Origin: Azolla caroliniana
Taxonomy: Eukaryota > Plantae > Polypodiophyta
DNA length: 10,572 bases
Assembly (NCBI GenBank): GCA_043228905.1
Contig: JBHGNT010001261.1
Span: forward strand, 1-10,572
Direction: 5' to 3'
Shown in pieces: positions 7,916 through 10,572 of the stretch. A program made the translations under genes and the position numbers. Position 1 is the stretch's first letter. Every line of letters begins with the position of its first letter. A model generated the notes under the pieces. That model was not told the origin of the DNA, ran no database searches, and was given only the letters and a program-made list of their open reading frames with translations.

Positions 7916-9443
7916 CTTGTGTTTTACATGGAAAAAACATTAATGACTTAAAATGAATGCTCCCTACATTGACATCCATCAAAAGGATGTACTTAATGTG
8001 CATTATGAAGTGATTATTAACATCAATGATATGTTCAATGTATTTAGATATATCCCTAGCAACATGTAACTTTTAAACAAAAGTTTCCTTAAATTAATAC
8101 CCCTTGTCAACAAAACTTATAGCCTCAAGTATTTCTAGATATGAAAATTGTTTTCACCTGGTCCATGACAAATATAAGGCCTAGGATCCATCGCTTTTTC
8201 ACAACTAGAAACCGGGATGGCATAATGAGTATCGAGTAGATTGCCACAATAGCATTTGCATACACAAAGAACCTAGAACAAAATGGTAAATGGCCATGTT
8301 ATTTATTCTGTATTAATCTGTAGATCTCATTCAATCTAATTAGTGATTAAAAGCTTGAAAAGATGAAATATTTTATTGCTAAACAAGTGCTTTGTAAAGC
8401 ATTCATGATTAAAACCAAGTTGTCATTACTAAATAAACAAACAATTAGATTCAAGGGGTATTTTGGATCATTTGAGAAAATCAAGAACTAGAAAACAATA
8501 GGGGCATATTGGTGTTTTTCAAAGACCACCCGAACTTAATGTTACCTAGTAATAAAGAAGGAAATGAGGTAACTCAAAACTCAAAAACCTCTTCCAAAGA
8601 GAGACACTAGCATGTGAAGTGGGGCATATTTCTTTTTAAATCCTTATGCCTTTTTCTCAACTATAAATTTAGGCTAAGTATACCATTCATAAAAAACTAT
8701 TCACTAGTATTGACTAATTAGAGTTCTTATATGATTAGAACTTAATTTACACCATAAAGATTATTATAATGTGATTGATCGGAACACTTTGGAGAAAACG
8801 TTATTGCCTCAAAATTGTGATTGGTTGGGAATATATATTTTGTTGAATATGTTAGTTATCGCGTCGACTTCTGTGTTGTCTCGGACGATAAATTAGTTTT
8901 GATTAGCTCAAAGTTGGCCACCCACCCACCAGAGGACTGTATTTATGTTAGATAGTTTAAGGATTCATTCATGAAGTCTAATTTGCTGAACAGATGAAAC
9001 CAAACAAAAACAACTCCCAGTCCCATAGCTGCAACTCTTGAATTGTTCTTTAACACATGCCAAATAAATTTCCATATGTTTTTGAGGCCATGACCGTGGA
9101 TAGAGCTATGGGTTCTCACATATTAATGACTTTTGATGTATAATTAAGCATCTACTTATAATTAAGCATCCATGGGAAACAAATGTGTGAGAGAGTGATA
9201 GAGAATTATTTACACGAATGCGCGAACATCTGTGTATTGAGCGGAAACCGTAATTTTCACACTTGCAACTTGGAAGACATTTTGCTGCTTATCTTTACCC
9301 ATCACAATTGCCGCAGTAGCCGCTATTACCGCCACCAAGACTCGTAGAACCACCTCCATAGATCTCCATGAATTATCAACACCACCACTAGCACTCACTT
9401 TATTTACCATGAATGACTTTGTTGATTGATCCTCCACACCCAT
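7682..9443 (-). CDS. CASPL: CASP-like (Casparian strip membrane domain protein-like, DUF588) four-TM protein, probably group 2; join(9443..9214, 8272..8158, 7915..7682), 192 aa
   Basis: Exons of 230+115+234 = 579 nt splice in frame with GT-AG introns. Motifs include LR...AAIVMGKDKQ, YTDVRAFVFFVYANAIVAIYS, DQVMAYLLMASAAAS and WSEVCSNYERFC. The three-exon layout is typical of the family. Confidence 0.93.
8158..8272 (-). CDS. CASPL: CASP-like exon 2 (absent from the ORF track)
   Basis: Acceptor TGTTCTAG precedes G-FFVYANAIVAIYSILIMPSRFLVVKKRWILGLIFVMDQ, and donor GTGAAA starts at 8157. Confidence 0.9.
9139..9170. repeat. 14-bp perfect direct repeat in CASPL intron 1
   Basis: TATAATTAAGCATC at 9139-9152 and 9157-9170, with spacer TACT. 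Confidence 0.8.
9214..9443 (-). CDS. CASPL: CASP-like exon 1
   Basis: ATG at 9443 (MGVEDQ...) runs to ...RAF-GT, with donor GTAAAT starting at 9213. Confidence 0.88.
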
Positions 9444-9525
9444 TTCTTTCCTTTTCCTTTTTCTTTCTGATCTTTCTCTCTTCAAGATCTTCTTGATCTC
9501 TCCCTCCCTCCCCCCTTATATCACC
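9444..9525 (-). promoter_or_regulatory. Putative CASPL core promoter / GA-rich 5' UTR
   Basis: On the minus strand GATATAAG lies at about 9522-9515, roughly 75 nt upstream of the ATG, and a purine-rich tract follows. This rests on position only. Confidence 0.3.
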
Positions 9526-10572
9526 CACAAAACCAGCTAGTTGGTTTTGTTCAACCTTGTTCCTTAATTCCCCACCTATCTTTCACCTTACATATTAAAT
9601 ATACAACATACTTTAAGTCTCAATCCGTGGGTGAGGGGCCTCATGTCAAATTGATAATATATATAACTTCCTTACATTATTACTTAGCTTACACCTATGC
9701 AATTAATCCTTAAGGTTGGGGCTTTAATCTTCAATCCATGGGTGTGATGGTATGTTTTGAGTGTACTCCTACTATCTATTGGAAAATCATCCCAAGTGAA
9801 CATGTTATTTGAGTGACAAGGTAACCTTTTTATTAATACAATTCTATCCCTTTTACGAATAAAGTTTGATAAAAGAAAAGGGTGTGGGACAAGTTATGGA
9901 CATTGATTTCAACCAATGATCCAACCAGATGTCAATATAAGGAAAGCTACATACATAGCATGTTGAGTGGTATGTGAACTAAAATTCATGTGCATAAAGA
10001 TGAGAAAGTAAGCCAAGCACACAATTTGGTTTGACATGCATGTATACAGGGTCTTGAATGCTTGTGGGATATTGATATCTTGATACGATTGTACATCTCC
10101 ATGTCATGATTGGAAGTGTGAATTCATTTCAACAAATGTATAGTAGTCATCATCCATACTAGATGCTTTTGTCCTCATATATATTTATTCCAACTATCCA
10201 CAAAAGAGTGTTGATCTCACACGCACAATTCAAGCTTTTCTTATCTTCTTTTTCCATATCTTTGAAAATTTAGGTCTTATCGAGAATCCTTAATGATAAT
10301 GGATGGTGCCATGGGACATGCTAGCAATCATGGAGTGTATTCTCACACTATCACCCCAAATGGCTAATTCTACAATGGTATTGACTTAAACTTTGGCATA
10401 TTGCCATCAAGGGAAGCATTTGAAATATGATCTTGCTAGATTGGAGTATGAATGACTCTTTAAATAATCAAAGGGATAACGCTATGATATGCATAATGTC
10501 TATTGTGTCGTGATGTGTCTGTATCAGGGAGAGATCATTTTGATTTATGATTATCTTGCTTTTCTACACCCA

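Noticed and set aside
9444-9485. N-terminal extension MKRERSERKRKRKE of CASPL
   Set aside because: It starts at TTG in a GA-rich tract that is better read as 5' UTR; the first ATG is at 9443.
10034-10043. RY-like palindrome ACATGCATGT
   Set aside because: A single short motif of this kind is expected by chance in such sequence.
10250-10572. Possible decayed transposon coding remnant
   Set aside because: No diagnostic motif was recognised in the frames I translated.

Overview
AT-rich land-plant nuclear DNA; a non-seed plant such as a fern is plausible, but that is an inference. From left to right: (1) about 440-1374, decayed Ty1/Copia remnants with two related LTR-end/PBS junctions and a gag N-terminal fragment. 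(2) About 1555-6900 (+), a dead L1-clade LINE with ORF1 (DUF4283-like plus zinc knuckle), no recognisable endonuclease, RT and a C-terminal zinc finger. It carries an 82-bp tandem duplication and two nested insertions. (3) 7682-9443 (-), an apparently intact three-exon CASP-like gene of 192 aa, followed by its upstream region. The most notable feature is an antisense insertion of about 885 bp inside the LINE (2928-3812), with a poly(A) tail and a probable target-site duplication. It is a mosaic of at least five intronless Rab GDP-dissociation inhibitor (GDI) coding fragments in permuted order (C-terminal pieces before N-terminal pieces), with locally templated filler at its 5' junction. A second insertion of 119 bp is CpG-rich and flanked by an unusually long 30-bp direct repeat. 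All family assignments come from recalled motifs, not from database searches.
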